Origin: Blasia pusilla
Lineage: Eukaryota
Length of the DNA: 64,000 nt
Direction of reading: 5' to 3'
Assembly (NCBI GenBank): GCA_050084515.1
Contig: CM114271.1
Coordinates: 29,264,001-29,328,000 of the forward strand
Shown here: positions 12,501-25,018 of the stretch, piece by piece
Layout of the letters: every line of letters starts with the position of its first letter
Numbering within the stretch: the stretch's first letter is position 1
Notes under the pieces: model-generated
What the model saw: the letters and a program-made list of their open reading frames with translations, nothing else
The model's database searches: none
What the model was told of the DNA's origin: nothing
Translations under genes and position numbers: made by a program

Positions 12501-14302
12501 GAACACATGTCGATTTCTCTCCTCAGCAATTGCAAATCTCGACCCAAACTCAGTCGTGAAGACAAATCCTCCAATCAAGAAGTCATACTCCTCCCATACT
12601 GACGCTGCTCACAACTCTTCGATAGACAATGCGGTTCCAGTAGAATGGTGCGGCGTTGTAGGCGGCACGGAACGGCTACAAACAACATGACCCTCGATGG
12701 TGGGATGCGGCACTTGACGGCATACCCTCCTCAATCAACAATAAACCCACACTCTGCTCCACAATAACGGAGCGGCTCCGTGATCGAGATGGTGCGTTGC
12801 GGCCACGAGCAGCACGGCGCGGCAATCGGCGGCACGTTGCGGCTATGGGCGTCACAACACGGTACTTGATCGTCGTCAAGCGATTACCAATCACAACATA
12901 ACAGCATGAAATCAAAACTCAAACACCATAACCGGAGGTCATTTGCCATCACTAGTTGATGACAAAACTGCGATGACAGTGGCGGCCAAAACAAAGTACG
13001 TGGTGGCAACGCAAGTCAGAGAATCTACAAACGTTGTGGAAGACCCTCCACTCCGTAACGGGCGGCAATGGCAACCAAAGGTGGACAACGGATGGTGGAC
13101 CGTTGACGGTGACGGTTGACGGCTGATGGTGACGGCTGACCAGTGACGATGATGGTTGATCGTTGATGATCACGGTTGACCTTCGACGGCGGACTGTTGA
13201 CGGTGACTATGACGGTGACAGCCGCCGCTGGCGTGGCGGCTGGTTTAGGGATTGAACAATTTAACCCTAAAAATTGCCTAGCAATGGTAGTTTTGCAAGA
13301 TTGACCATAACCTCTTACTTGCAACTCCAAATTGTGTATTGTTTGTTGCACAACGTGCACAGCTTCACAATCTACAACAGCGTCAAAAAATTTGGAATTG
13401 GAGATTGCAGTAAAAACTGACGGGGACTGTCGTAACGTGCAATGTCTCTTTCTCCTACACAAAATTTGGCAGCGCTTCTACACTAATTTCTCCCAACCAA
13501 AATGTAAGACCTATAAAAATACAAATCATCAAGGTACATGGTGCTCCCAAGAGCACCTGCATGGGAAAACTTGCCCCCATACTCAATCCCTATAAAAAAT
13601 TGGGCAGTGCTTCCGCGCACCACTCTTCCACACAAAAAATTGGCAAATGCAAAGAACAATCATTGCAGTGCTTGCTCCGGTGAGCACTCCCATCAGCCGC
13701 GGAACAGGGAACACGGTCCCCAATCTGCAAAAACAGCGAATGACCAGCGAGCTCTCCCATGAAGTTCTCTCTTTCTCTCATTCTCTCTTTGTAAAGTAAG
13801 ATCCAATCTCTCTCTACACCATCTCACACCATAGCTCTCAAAGGTGTACACTCTCTCTCATGTCAAACAAAACCCACTCTCCTAATGAGAGGCTTGGGTT
13901 ACACTCACAAGGCAAGGGACTCACTCCGCCGCCTCATGCCAAGAGGTTCAACAAAGAGAGAATAAGCTCTCAAGCTCTCTCTCCTTGAGGTATACCCCTC
14001 CCCTCTCCCAAGCTCTCTCCATTGTAACCTATTCTCCCAAGTCACCTCCTTGGCTCTTGACCTGATATAGGAGGTCAAAGGTCACTTACCAAAAATATAA
14101 AGTCGATCATATATTCAAAATGGTACTTACCTAAAATAGTAAGTTTCTCAATATGGCTCCAAATGAGCCGAAACGAAGGGGAAACCTACTCTGTCAGGTT
14201 TTCCGGGCCTCAGAAGGTCATGCTCAACCTACAGAGCTTGTCCTACACTACTCGTGTAAACGCTCTGCTAGATCCCACTGATCTATCCTAACAATTGTGA
14301 CA
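9575..14302 (-). mobile_element. Ty3/gypsy copy B of the same family: 5' LTR, leader, gag; truncated before the protease
   Basis: Gag ORF 11390-11983 (GPRRFSSVVGTIELHDFIVEFRSW..ESLREAYTRLRQLI), CCHC knuckle near 10375-10415, and 9575-10430 collinear with 22180-23040. Carries an AT-rich insertion of about 500 bp at about 10620-11125. Confidence 0.85.
12508..14302 (-). repeat. 5' LTR of gypsy copy B (about 1.8 kb; inner boundary inferred)
   Basis: Starts TGTCAC at 14302 (minus). Its first about 100 nt match the 3' LTR start of copy A (3207-3310). TATA-like CTATAT lies about 235 nt in. Putative end ..ATCGACA at 12508, where similarity to the leaders of copies C and D begins. Confidence 0.6.
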
Positions 14303-16090
14303 CTATCTACAATAGTAGCCGATGCACCATTTGCAACCTCATTTTTCATGTCGATACTTGTTGTGAGTAGCACTTTGCAGCCAATGGCTAAAAAATAAAC
14401 TCATGAAATTGGCCATCTGATATCCATTCATTCGTGTGTGGATCAGGGGGGACATCTGTGGTTACATGAAGAGGGAAGATCTCAACTGCGCGAAACAGTT
14501 TACGGAGTGTTATAAGATTAAATAACTGTACATCGATATGGTGAGTACAAATGGCATGCGTGCTACTATCTATGTAATCTCTTGCAATGCCTTCATCGAC
14601 AAAGCATTCACCAAGACAACTATCTATCTCACAGTGCGTCGGAAGTGTTGACCTTATCTGAGATAGGAAGTTCAAGAATTCAGGGTCGCTGCCATGCGTC
14701 ATAAGAATGGCAAGATTATACTTGTCTATATTAGCATAGAATGGCGAGGAAGAGATGTGCCAAAAGGAAGAGACAAGCTCTCTATTATGACAACATATTG
14801 GGGGTAAATGACAAAGATCACCCAATAAGATCACAAGCTTATTTGAGAAAGGATTAAGGTCTGATGAGGGAGACACTTGGTGTAGTCTCATTGCTACAAT
14901 CTTAAGAAGGCGAGGCGTGAGCATGGAACATTCATCAATAACAATAACCTTGGCATCCCTTAAGCGCATGTATTGATCGGAGGCTGTATGTATTGAGGGT
15001 AAGTCACCTTTAATTGGGATAGCAAATGTTGAGTGAACAGTGATAGCAAAGTCATGCAATCAAACAACAGCAAAGCCAGTAGTGGCAGTAAGCAATTTAG
15101 GAATAGAATAAGCTGACAAGAATGTTTGCATGAAATGGATAAAAGAAAATCTTGCCACATCGTGGGGCGCCAATGATAGCACCAAGCCAAATGACTTTGT
15201 ACGAATTATATGGTATAGGTTTGCTTGCTCTGCATTTAACAAATGAATGGAGAGGTCTGGTTGACAAACTCGATGGATGCTGCTGTCCATTGTGGATTGT
15301 TGAGTATGAATGTCACTAAGAGACTGCACACATAGGTCAAACTGCAGGTGAGGGCCAATGACGTCCATTGCTTTAGAGACTATTTATGTACTGTGAAGCT
15401 AGCTCCAAAGCTTTGAATCAGCATGACTTTGAATTTCATCACTAATGCAGGACTCAGAATTAAAAATTCTTCGATGAATACATTCATGAAGGTATGTCCA
15501 AGATGGTGACACTAAATATCTGGTTCTCAAATTTTAAGGTGCTATTGCGTAACAATACTATATAGAAGAACTCGCTCCATTAGTGCAATGGATGGTACTG
15601 AGTAAAGTGTACCAGCCTTTGAGTCTTATAAACTGAGTTCCCCACTAAGTCTAATCCAACAAGGTTTACTAAGCACCTTGTGGGTAGTCTAAGAACCTCA
15701 TGGCTCTTCCAAAAATCAATGAATGTAAGTTGAGATAAGGATTCAGGTCGGTGGCAATAAAGGGTTGTTGGATGTATATAGACGATTGTAGCTTTTCTGT
15801 ATAGGCTTGTCCGCTTGTACGGTGGACTACAATTGAAAAATTCAACTCCCTTTCACTTGCATTTGATAAGAATCTTAAGAGCCGTAAGAGCAGCTTTAGT
15901 CAATGAGATTGATCTATTCAATATCAGGCCAGATATTAGTCGCAACCTGGTTTCATCCAAACCTTCAAGTCCTAGATACTTTGCACACTCGGTCGTAATG
16001 TTCAAAGCACCTTGAGGCTCGCATTTCAAAGCATATTTAAGCAGGTAAAAAGACCATTGAACATTTGTGACATGCTGTAGGTTCATGTCA
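14303..16090 (-). pseudogene. Helitron RepHel C-terminal part: Rep motif 3 and Pif1-like helicase
   Basis: YLLKYALKCE (Y..KY..K Rep motif), GAPRCGK Walker A, TATTG..TVHSTFAIP, VIVIDECSML, FSNKLVILLGDLCHLPPI, ANGASATIV. Interrupted at 14302 by the gypsy B LTR. Confidence 0.85.
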
Positions 16091-16114
16091 TCGGGATTAG
16101 TGGTCATCGGGATC

Positions 16115-18668
16115 CTATCTAACTGTTAACTGCGGGTTTTCCTTACTGCATCCACTTTTGTTGTGAATTTTTAGCTCCGTCACTTACGAAAAACTCAGAG
16201 CTGACCCATTGCTACATAACTAAAATGAGTACCTTGTAAGACTCCTGTTGGGTGGCCCCAGCCTTAATGCTTCACACATATTTTTTGTGCAGAGTTTTGT
16301 TTAGCGACCTCTGACAAAGAACTTTTCATACCTTCAAACCCAGAGCCATGTATGTTGTTGCATTTCTAGGGTTGGTAAACTCACGCAATTAGGGACTTAC
16401 ATCATAAGTTACTAGGTTTCCTCACTTTTTTGTGTTGTGTTCATCTCAAAAAATTAGCGTATATTCTTCACTGAAACAGAACAGGGTGATCAGATATCGG
16501 ACTCTACGCAACAACACGTAGTCTTTCGATTAGGTGACCTCGCAAGCAGTACATAGCACAGAACGTATACTTACCTCAAGTTCATTTGTATTTCATATTT
16601 CATGTGTAGGCACTACTCACTTGGAAACTTACCCTTAGGACATATCTATTATTTTCAAGTTGAATGCTAAGCACCACTCAGAATTCTTAGGTTTCTATGG
16701 AACTACACACACTATTAGTACCTATACTTATAAGTAGTTTCAGTGTCTTAAATGCTTCACACAAACATTATGAGGATCAATGATGACACGCTTTTCTGCA
16801 ACGGACCCATGTGTAGTATTAGCTAACCTCCATTGACAGTAGGCAAGGATACTTCGTAACGTTATGCTCCACATATTCCACTCTTCTAGTTGTACTCAAC
16901 TGATCATCTACTTAACTGTAGATTCCAGGGAGCGCATAGTTCAGTGAATGAATTTCAGGGTGCACGTAGTTCAGTGAATCAAGCTTATTTTTGTCTCCAC
17001 GTCTGTCTGTTCAGATAAACATTTATCAATTGACGTCGTTAAGCTGTGCCAGACAAGATTGAGGTATGGCGCGGCCTAGGGTATCAAATAGACCTAGATC
17101 CAAGTTATTGTTCAAGAAGCTTAGGATAGCACGGTGTAGGCGCCATGCAAAAGCCACGGTTGTTGAGTCTCATAGACTACTCAGGTAGCCGGTGTGTGTT
17201 GCTTGGCCAGAGATTGCAATGTAACTTACTAGTTGGGAATCATAGTGCAACTCATTTATTAAACATATGAGGTGTTGCGGCTATTATGGTAGTGTATCCT
17301 ATAGCACATGTCACTTAAAAATGACAATTAAGACAACAGAAACATATCTACCTTATGCATTATGTAACGGGTACATGACACAATATGTCATTCCGTCGCC
17401 TTGTAATTTTTTTGTCTACCCACAACATGTAGGAGAAGATCGGTACACCGCCCATAATGTCTATATGACACCAGCCTATATTCGGGACATATTGAATGTA
17501 AACCCACTTTACCTGGAGTTCCTATCGTTAGTCAACTCAAGGCTAGGTATTGAGACCAAATACAACGGCTTTCATGATGGGTTCTTCCAAGTCAATAGCC
17601 TCCTAGACTGCCCTGTTTGTCGCATGGGGACTTGATGATCAGACTTCCATTAACTCTGATTTCTTGTACAAAAAAGTGCGCAAAGCGTTCTCCTAGTCAA
17701 CTTGAGGATTAATGAATTGTATTCACAATATATCCCGTTATTTGAACAACCTAATCCAATACGTGGTCTTGTAGTTTTTCCTTCTTCATCAGTTGAGCCA
17801 ATACTGAGAGCTTCACAGGAAAAGGGAAAAATAACCCATAGCATGACAGTTGATCCATACAGTTCAGAGTTAAACATGCTACAGGATGTGGAGTATTCAT
17901 GACCTATAAAAAGGCGCGCTTCCTATGATATACTCCAGAATGGGAGTGTTATATTCAAGGAACAAGCTCACATTAGATAGCAGTTCCTTAGTGATAGGAA
18001 TGGTATATCTGCAAATGCTAAGGTCACTATTGAGACAGGAATCTTCCCATTCCTATTCCCGTATGTTAGAGACTATTTTGACGGACAATGTTCCTTTGTA
18101 GACTACCTGCGCAATTGCGTGAAGAAACTTCTCAGTGTATTTACACTATATAAACCATACCTACTAATAATGCATCAACTTTGGCAGTCTATTGCATTTG
18201 CCTCTCGCGCACGTTCTTGATCTTGAATAGGGAGCTTGCTCAACTAAAACAAAAATACCCTAAAATGAGCGAACAGGAACTTTATTCATACCTTTCAAGG
18301 TACACTATTAGTGCACAGATACCAGGAAGCCCAAGTTGGCATCACCGCCATCTTAGGCACCTAATGGGGAATGTTGGATTTTTTCTTGACTCTCACTTCT
18401 GATGAGGTGTTTGAAACAAGGTGGGTTGAGGTTGAAGATGTTGAGAATATGGTAAAGAGAATTAACCCGCTCTTCATGTGGCGCGATGCACCGGTTGAGT
18501 GCGTAGTTCTATTCCATACTAGGTTGAAGGCATTTCTCCAAAGTTATATTTTGGGTGGTCCCCGCTAACTTAGAAGAACCCACAATTATCTGATTAGATA
18601 TGAACTACAGGGTTGAGATAGCTTGCACTCATATATTATCTTGTGGATTGAAAAGGAAGATATTGATC
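16115..18668 (+). pseudogene. Helitron 5' half (leader and Rep N-terminal region), inverted relative to the helicase half
   Basis: FPFLFP (about 18045-18062), IPGSPSWH, FFLTLT (Rep motif 1), DAPVECVVLFHTR, and RYELQG*DSLHSYIILW (HUH motif 2, about 18595-18647), which ends at the gypsy C junction. Confidence 0.75.
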
Positions 18669-18669
18669 C

Positions 18670-19080
18670 GGCCCACCTCGTAAGCTTCCCTATAAGCTTA
18701 TCGGACTCTATCAACCACTTAAGTGGCAAATGATCGGTAATGATGGGAAAGGGGTTGCGGAATAAATAACACCTAAAATGTGCAACAGCCCACACCACGA
18801 GCAAGCACTCACCCTCATATGAGCTATACTTTGCCTGTGCAACGTTGTTCAAGCCACTAGCAAAAGCCACCACGAACTCTCTACCATCATTGTCATGCTG
18901 GGTAAGCAGGGATCTAAGCCCCAACATGCTCCAATTGGTATGCAATTGGAAAGGACGCCCCCTAATCAGTCTCCTCAATATAGGCGCGCACGTGAATCTG
19001 TCCTTGAGCAGTTGAAATGCTCTCTCCTGCTCATCCCCCTAGTGCCACTTCCGATCCACCTTGGTCAACAAGGTTAGCGG
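18670..19080 (-). pseudogene. Gypsy RNase H
   Basis: RPFQLHTNWS..REFVVAFAS..AKYSSYEGECLLVVWAVAHFRCYL..FPIITDHLPLKWL..KLTRWA. Confidence 0.9.
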
Positions 19081-19990
19081 CTTCGCAATCAAACTGAAAC
19101 CTTGATGTACTGTTGATAGAAGTTTTCCAATCCCATGAATGCACAAACTTGACTCATATTTGTAGGGCGTGGAATGCATGAAATAGCCTCTACCTTCGTG
19201 CTGCACACCAAGGCCTCATGGGTATATCGTTTGACCCAAGTTCTCTGGTCATAGAAAAACTTGCACTTGCCTAGATGTAGCTTCAGCGCATATAACTGCA
19301 ATCATTGAAAGACCTCCTCTAGATGTCGCTCATGCTCCTCAACAACCATGGCTCTAAAGACTACGATGTCATCAATATAACACCTAGCAAAATCCAGACC
19401 TGCCAAGATCCTATCCATGACCCTCTGAAACTCAGCTGAGGCGTTCTTTAATCCAAATGGTAAGAACCGCCACTGGTACAAAGAATCCTACCCGTGAGAA
19501 TGGAAGCCCCAAAATACCCTCTTCTGCCTATCCTACAATCTGATAGGCTGCTGATGGTACTGGACCGCAAATCCAATGAACTGAAGACCTTTGCATGCCC
19601 AATTGCATCAAAGATCTCCTCAGGGGTGGGCATGGCATACCTATCGGACTTCATCTGCCGATTGATAGGTCGGTAATCTCCAGACATCCGCCTATCCATC
19701 TAGTTGCCATGCACATCCTTCTTGGCGGACATGAGAGTGGCAGATGCATATTCTTCATGCAACATCTCCACTAACCCTACTCCAACCAAGTTGTGGCTCC
19801 TACTTTGAATCTGAGCTCTCTCCATGTCACTGTACCTATAGGGTTGTCAAAAGATTGGCGTGTCACTCGACAACCAAATGCGGATCCCTGGATCCTTTAG
19901 CGTATCCAAATCCTGCATGCTAAATGCAAAACAACTCCTAGAACTCCTCAGGAACTGATGTATCCGTCGCCGCTCTCCTCTTATCAACTT
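19081..19990 (-). pseudogene. Gypsy reverse transcriptase
   Basis: DYRPIN..DRYAMPTPEEIFD..FSSLDL, PFGLKNASAEFQRVMD, CYIDDIVVF (about 19357-19383), LGKCKF; frameshifted. Confidence 0.9.
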
Positions 19991-20359
19991 AGGGCCCATG
20001 TCTGGCTCTCAAGTCTCCATCGTGACTACGGTAGGACTCTCTGGCGCGGGTGTAGGTGGTTGCTATGGTGCAACCCCATCTCGAACAACAGAACAACTGC
20101 TCTCTTATGGCCAATTGCAAAATCTGATCTCCATGTGTAGTACCCGGAACCACGCTCAATGTTGTGGCTACCATCTCTTGGTGTACTTGCAAAACATCCC
20201 AAGAAGTCCAAGGGTGTCTCTCCCGATTACCCTTGGTGTGTTGATCTCCTTGGGTCTCACCCCCACCTACTGCCTCAACCGTCTCGGTAGGCATGGGGCT
20301 CACCAACGCAATAGTTGTGATCTGTTGCATCCTCAAACGACGCTGCTCAGCTACTCCTA

Positions 20360-21308
20360 ACCTGAAAATCCATGTCAAGCAGTTCAAGTCCATCGCTTGA
20401 CCCAAGACATGATGTCCTGATGCCTCTGATAGTGACAGTATTGTCGTCACTCGTGTGGGGAATCCCATCACTCGTTCTCGCTCATCGATGTTGGGCTCCA
20501 CCAACCTCTGTACCTGGTCATCCCAAACCAAGCCACGTCCGGCCTCATTGAATGCATACGAAGCGGGAAAACTCACAATTGTGGGAAAGGCTACCCGTGG
20601 CATGCCAATCTTGTTGACCATAGTCAATGGTGGTCCATCATCATGCTTCACTGCTTATGATTGATGACTTGGATCCATAATAGAATCCACCAACAAATTG
20701 GAGGGGCGCTACACTCTAGCGTACGCTCTCCGTAAAACCTCATATAGGACCGAGTTGGTCCACCAAAGATGCGGGCGGTGTATTCTAGAACCTACACTTG
20801 CCGCATCCAAAAACACTGCCGAGCCAATCCATGCGCGCACGTGATGTGCACTCGTCACCACGCGGGATCTTGAATCGCCCAAAATCGGCACATTCTCTAG
20901 AATGAATGTTGGAGAATGAGACTGATGCTCTTGCAAGTGTCGCAAAATCCGCATCATCTCCCAAAACAACCTGGACCGAGTGTGAGCCAACCCACTACCT
21001 CGTCCAACACTCGAGTGGCCCTGACATGGCCAACCAACAATGACCAACTCTATGGCCCCAACCCGCTCCGAGTCCTGCGCCCCCAAAAATGAAATATCCC
21101 TTGGTAGGGAACTCTGGTATCCCTAGACAGCGGACGTAGACAACAAGTCGGGAAAACGAAGGCGTAATTGTGCCACATGGTGAAGTGAAGCGCGCCTCGC
21201 AACATCATCAATCTCCACATACAAGTACTCTTGTATGCGTACTCCTACCTGCAAAACAACAACTAACCCAATGCTAATCCCTCCAAAGAGATCCAACACC
21301 CGAATACC
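20360..21308 (-). pseudogene. DNMT3-like C5 cytosine DNA methyltransferase domain embedded in pol
   Basis: All in one frame: motif I VLDLFGGIS (21273-21299), motif II YVEID, motif IV GWPCQ (21021-21035), LFWE, motif VI FILENV (ENV 20889-20897), motif VIII DAASVGSRIHRPHLWWTN (to 20754), motif IX ERERVMGFP (about 20458-20483), motif X VLGQAMD (about 20389-20409). Only point-stop codons interrupt it. Confidence 0.92.
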
Positions 21309-21734
21309 CTCCTATGCGATGCGCCACACAATAGGTGTGATATCCAAGGGTGTCATCATAGCACTTTCGACTACCTCGGGTTCCTCTAACCCGTCACGCT
21401 CTGGTGCAAATGTCTCGCTTCACGCGGTCTTCACAGGCTCAGTGACTAAGCATCGAAGCTCCTCAATTGAGCCCCAAAGAAATACCTCTCCTCCATGGAC
21501 TGATGCGGCGACCATGGCACTCCTATCGGTAGAAATTTCAAGAACAAGAGTATCCTCTACATGGACATATCCCTCAATCAAATCACTAGGCCAAATGATA
21601 GCGTTGCTAAATGCTGCTAAGGTCGCCATCTCTCATGGCCGGCGCTCGATCACTGCACTTGTGAATCAAACGGGTAATGAGCTAAGGCGCCCATCACCTG
21701 ATTGCCATCCTGGTCTGTAGGACTCTGACTCCTC

Positions 21735-22045
21735 CTAGTAATCCAGGGAAAACCCCATCGGGTACAATACTGCTCCACCAACCAAGATGTCGCAAGACTC
21801 ACCATCAGTCACTATTGCCTTAGCTCGCACCATGGACTCATCTGTAGGATGTCTCGGGCGAATCCTTACCATGACCTCCTATTGGATGATATACTGTGTG
21901 GTACTCACTCCACCCAAGGATGAATATATCCGGAATGGACAATGCTCCACATTTGCCCTTGTCAACCCAAACCTCTAAATGCCGCTTTCCCCAACATCAA
22001 GGGTTGCGCTCCTGAATCCAACATGACGCGTTGCGGACCAAACGC
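21735..22045 (-). pseudogene. Retropepsin aspartic protease
   Basis: RVMLDSGAQPLMLG (DSG at 22010-22018) and C-terminal DILVGGAVLYPMGFSLDY (about 21740-21791). Confidence 0.8.
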
Positions 22046-22949
22046 TCTACCTCCTGGACTCACCAACTAAAAGACCTCTCCCCGATTATCAAAAAACAAC
22101 ACCAGGAGAAGCCATGGCATGCTCTATCGTGGGTCTAGTGGGCATCTCTGCCATCCTAGCAGCCGCAGCCTACCATGAATCTGACATGGACGGCCCAAGC
22201 ATCAGCTCCAAGGGAAGCTCCATCACCTCCTCTCCAATCACCTCTGAACTTGATGCAAAAACTCCAACTCCACGCTCATATAGCCTCGGCAGACAAACCT
22301 CCCAACGTTGTAACATCGGAAGCAGAAAACAACGGAGCACAGTACATCATCGTGGCTGCTCCCAACATTATACTCGACACATGCTGCCCGTGAACATCAG
22401 CAATAGGAGTCGTCTCACTCGCTTCTCCCATCATCCTTCGTGCCTACACACCAACAACATCACCAACTCTCTAGGAACTCTGATGAGGACCCATCAATGG
22501 GGTCCTCATCGCCTTAGACATCGTGAAAGACTAAGGAAGTCTGGTCTGTTTCTTGGCTTACCCCGATGTGGATCCAACTCTGCTACTACTCCACGCGTAA
22601 CAACTATGGCGGCCTCCATTTGGGCAATCCCGCACATCCAACCAAGATCCTCCATATCTTTGGCGGCTCCATAAGACGTTGATGCCACGGATCCGGCATC
22701 GGATAACCTCAATGCCATAGTGGCAGTCTATTGCAGTAGCTGCTGTATCTGAGTAGCCATCCCAGCCTCACGCCCAACATCTCCCTCAACGCGTCTAGCT
22801 GGGGGAACTCTACCTCCTCCATGGACAACTCCACCACCCCCTCGGGCGAATCCGACTCCTCGTCCCCCAACGGGACCACCTAGTGTACGACCTCTAGGCC
22901 CACCCGGACGGGCAACTCCCTCTTGTGCCCTCTCTAGCCCTCGGTCCGA

Positions 22950-23990
22950 AGGTAACTAAAGGTGCAAGCTGAAACACCTGGAGCGTGTGTGACCGTACCT
23001 CTGACAATAGTCACACTGATAACCTCCCGGTGTAGCCCAATCTCCTCTTCCTTGAGCTTGTGGTGCCACAGACCTATCTCGGAATCCTTGTTGCTACACA
23101 GATGGTGCAGGCAATCGTGACTGCTCTCGCCTAGAACCCATGGTGGCTACGGTCTTCTCCGCCATGTTACATTCGATTTCTCGACGGTCCTAAAAACATC
23201 TCTCAATACAAGGGAGGTGTTCATAAGAAGCACCCCTCCCACAAACGTATCCGCAGGGTCCGGTCCAACATTACGTACCATGACTGGATAGCCTGAGCTT
23301 CTGTCACCCTTTGAGTGACGTTAATCAACTGACACAAGCACGTGTAGGCCTCACGAAAACTCTCACCCGGGCGCCTTTGGATGTCGTTGATGCTCCGCAA
23401 CTTCTCCGTTCATACCCCCTAGTAGCTCGCCCTCAACTCAACGAAGAACTCAACCAGCGGATTGACTGGACGATGCAACAGCTCTAGTGCGAGTCACCCC
23501 TCCTACAACATCACTCGTGGAGAAACCCTCTCTTGACTCCTCCTCCTCATCTGGTAACAGCTCAGTCCATGATACTTAGTGTGGGTCTTATTAGAGTCTC
23601 CACTCCTCAATCTCATGGGCATATCTCTGCGAGAACTCATAGTAATCGTCCATGGGTGCCTCCTCTAAATGTTGGAACATTCCATTCCATGCTGTAAACG
23701 GGTTGAACTCTTTGGAGTTCCTAACCCGCTATGAGTCACACCAACTCCTAAACTCCACAATGAAGTCGTGTAGCTCTATAGTGCCTATAGCACCCAAAAA
23801 CCTACGGGGTCCTCTACCCCGGTCATCCATCTCGTACGCCCAACTGGTAGGACCACTCAATGTGTGTGGTGGATCACTAGCACACTCCTCTATACTCTCT
23901 CCCTCGTCTAAATACAACACAAAAGGTAATCAAGGTGGTCTCTCACGTGGAGACTCTCGAAATCTCGCACCACTCCGAGTAAACCCTCTA
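22950..23990 (-). pseudogene. Gag with CCHC zinc knuckle
   Basis: CDYCQRYGHTRSRC (about 22975-23016); GPRRFLGAIGTIELHDFIVEFRSW homologous to copies B and D. Confidence 0.8.
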
Positions 23991-24015
23991 CAGCTACTCT
24001 CAGGTCCACCACCTC

Positions 24016-25018
24016 TGTCGCGCCCCTACACTCCTTGAACGTCAATCTTTAGTGTTGCGGAAGCGTGCGTTCAGTAGGTCACGAACTCATCGCCGATCTG
24101 CATCCAAACACGTAATCTCGTTAGTCGGGTTTGGGCCAACCGGCGTTCCAACCCACCGAGTCCTCAACTCGGCGTCTCATCAAGCTCAACCTTCCTTAGT
24201 TCCTAGCTTCCAAAACATGGCAAGTCCTTCAAGACTTGGAACAGACTTCCTGGTTAGTCCAGGGATCTGAAACGGCCCTTGCGCGCCTAGCGATCCCAAC
24301 TGTTCAACGGCCCTCGGGTGAGTTCCAAACCGAGACCCAAGTAATTGAGTCGCGGTGTGAAATCCAAGAGGGATGTCTAAAATCGCGTCAATGGACTTGG
24401 TGCAGGTTTTCCAACCCAACGCCCAAACTCGCGTTCCGTTCCATGCCCTTGAGCCGCCCCACGGCACCCAAATTGGGGTTTGGGTTCCAAGCACTCTCGG
24501 AGACCTTCCCCCTTACTAGTACTTCTGGGGTTCTCCAATAACCCCTCCCCTTTGGGAAAAGAGGGTCGGGCCCTTCATTGTGGCCATCAACCCGACTCCA
24601 CTTACAGTCGTTTTCGGGTCGTATCTCAGCTGCTGCTTATGCGTTTGCAGCGATCTTTGATGCATTTGGACCGGCTCTCCATAAGCTTTCCAACGCATCC
24701 TTATTTGCTCCAAACGCATCTTGGCGCTAAAAGTTATGGCCATAAATACAGTCGGAAACTCTCAAACGCTAGTGGCGTTCCAAATCCGGATCTTCCCTTT
24801 GGCAACCCACTTCCTAGACTCGATTTCTTTCAAGTCTCATTCCGCGTTTGGTCCAGGTTTCTCAGTCGCGACCTTAACACCTGAAACGCGACTCCTCGTT
24901 CGCGTCTCGTCTCTTGTCTCCTCTTTGAGACAACTCCAACGCACAAACCATCTTAGCGTGAGCCCGCTAATGTTCCGATGTTCCGCTTGGCACTTGTTTG
25001 GTCATGAGGGTCGCGACA
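24016..25018. mobile_element. Solo LTR (1003 bp) of another family, inserted in the leader of gypsy C
   Basis: TGTCGCGCCCC...GGGTCGCGACA termini (10/11 inverted match) and perfect 5-bp TSD ACCTC (24011-24015 and 25019-25023). The flanks rejoin to match the uninterrupted copy B near 12135-12150. Confidence 0.92.

Noticed and set aside
12950-13270. ORFs and telomere-like TTTAGGG/AACCCTA motifs
   Set aside because: Low-complexity GACGGT repeats and isolated telobox-like words inside an LTR; not a telomere array.
20360-21308. Bacterial restriction-modification methylase or contamination
   Set aside because: In frame with retroelement pol, present in two copies, DNMT3-like motifs, no neighbouring restriction gene.
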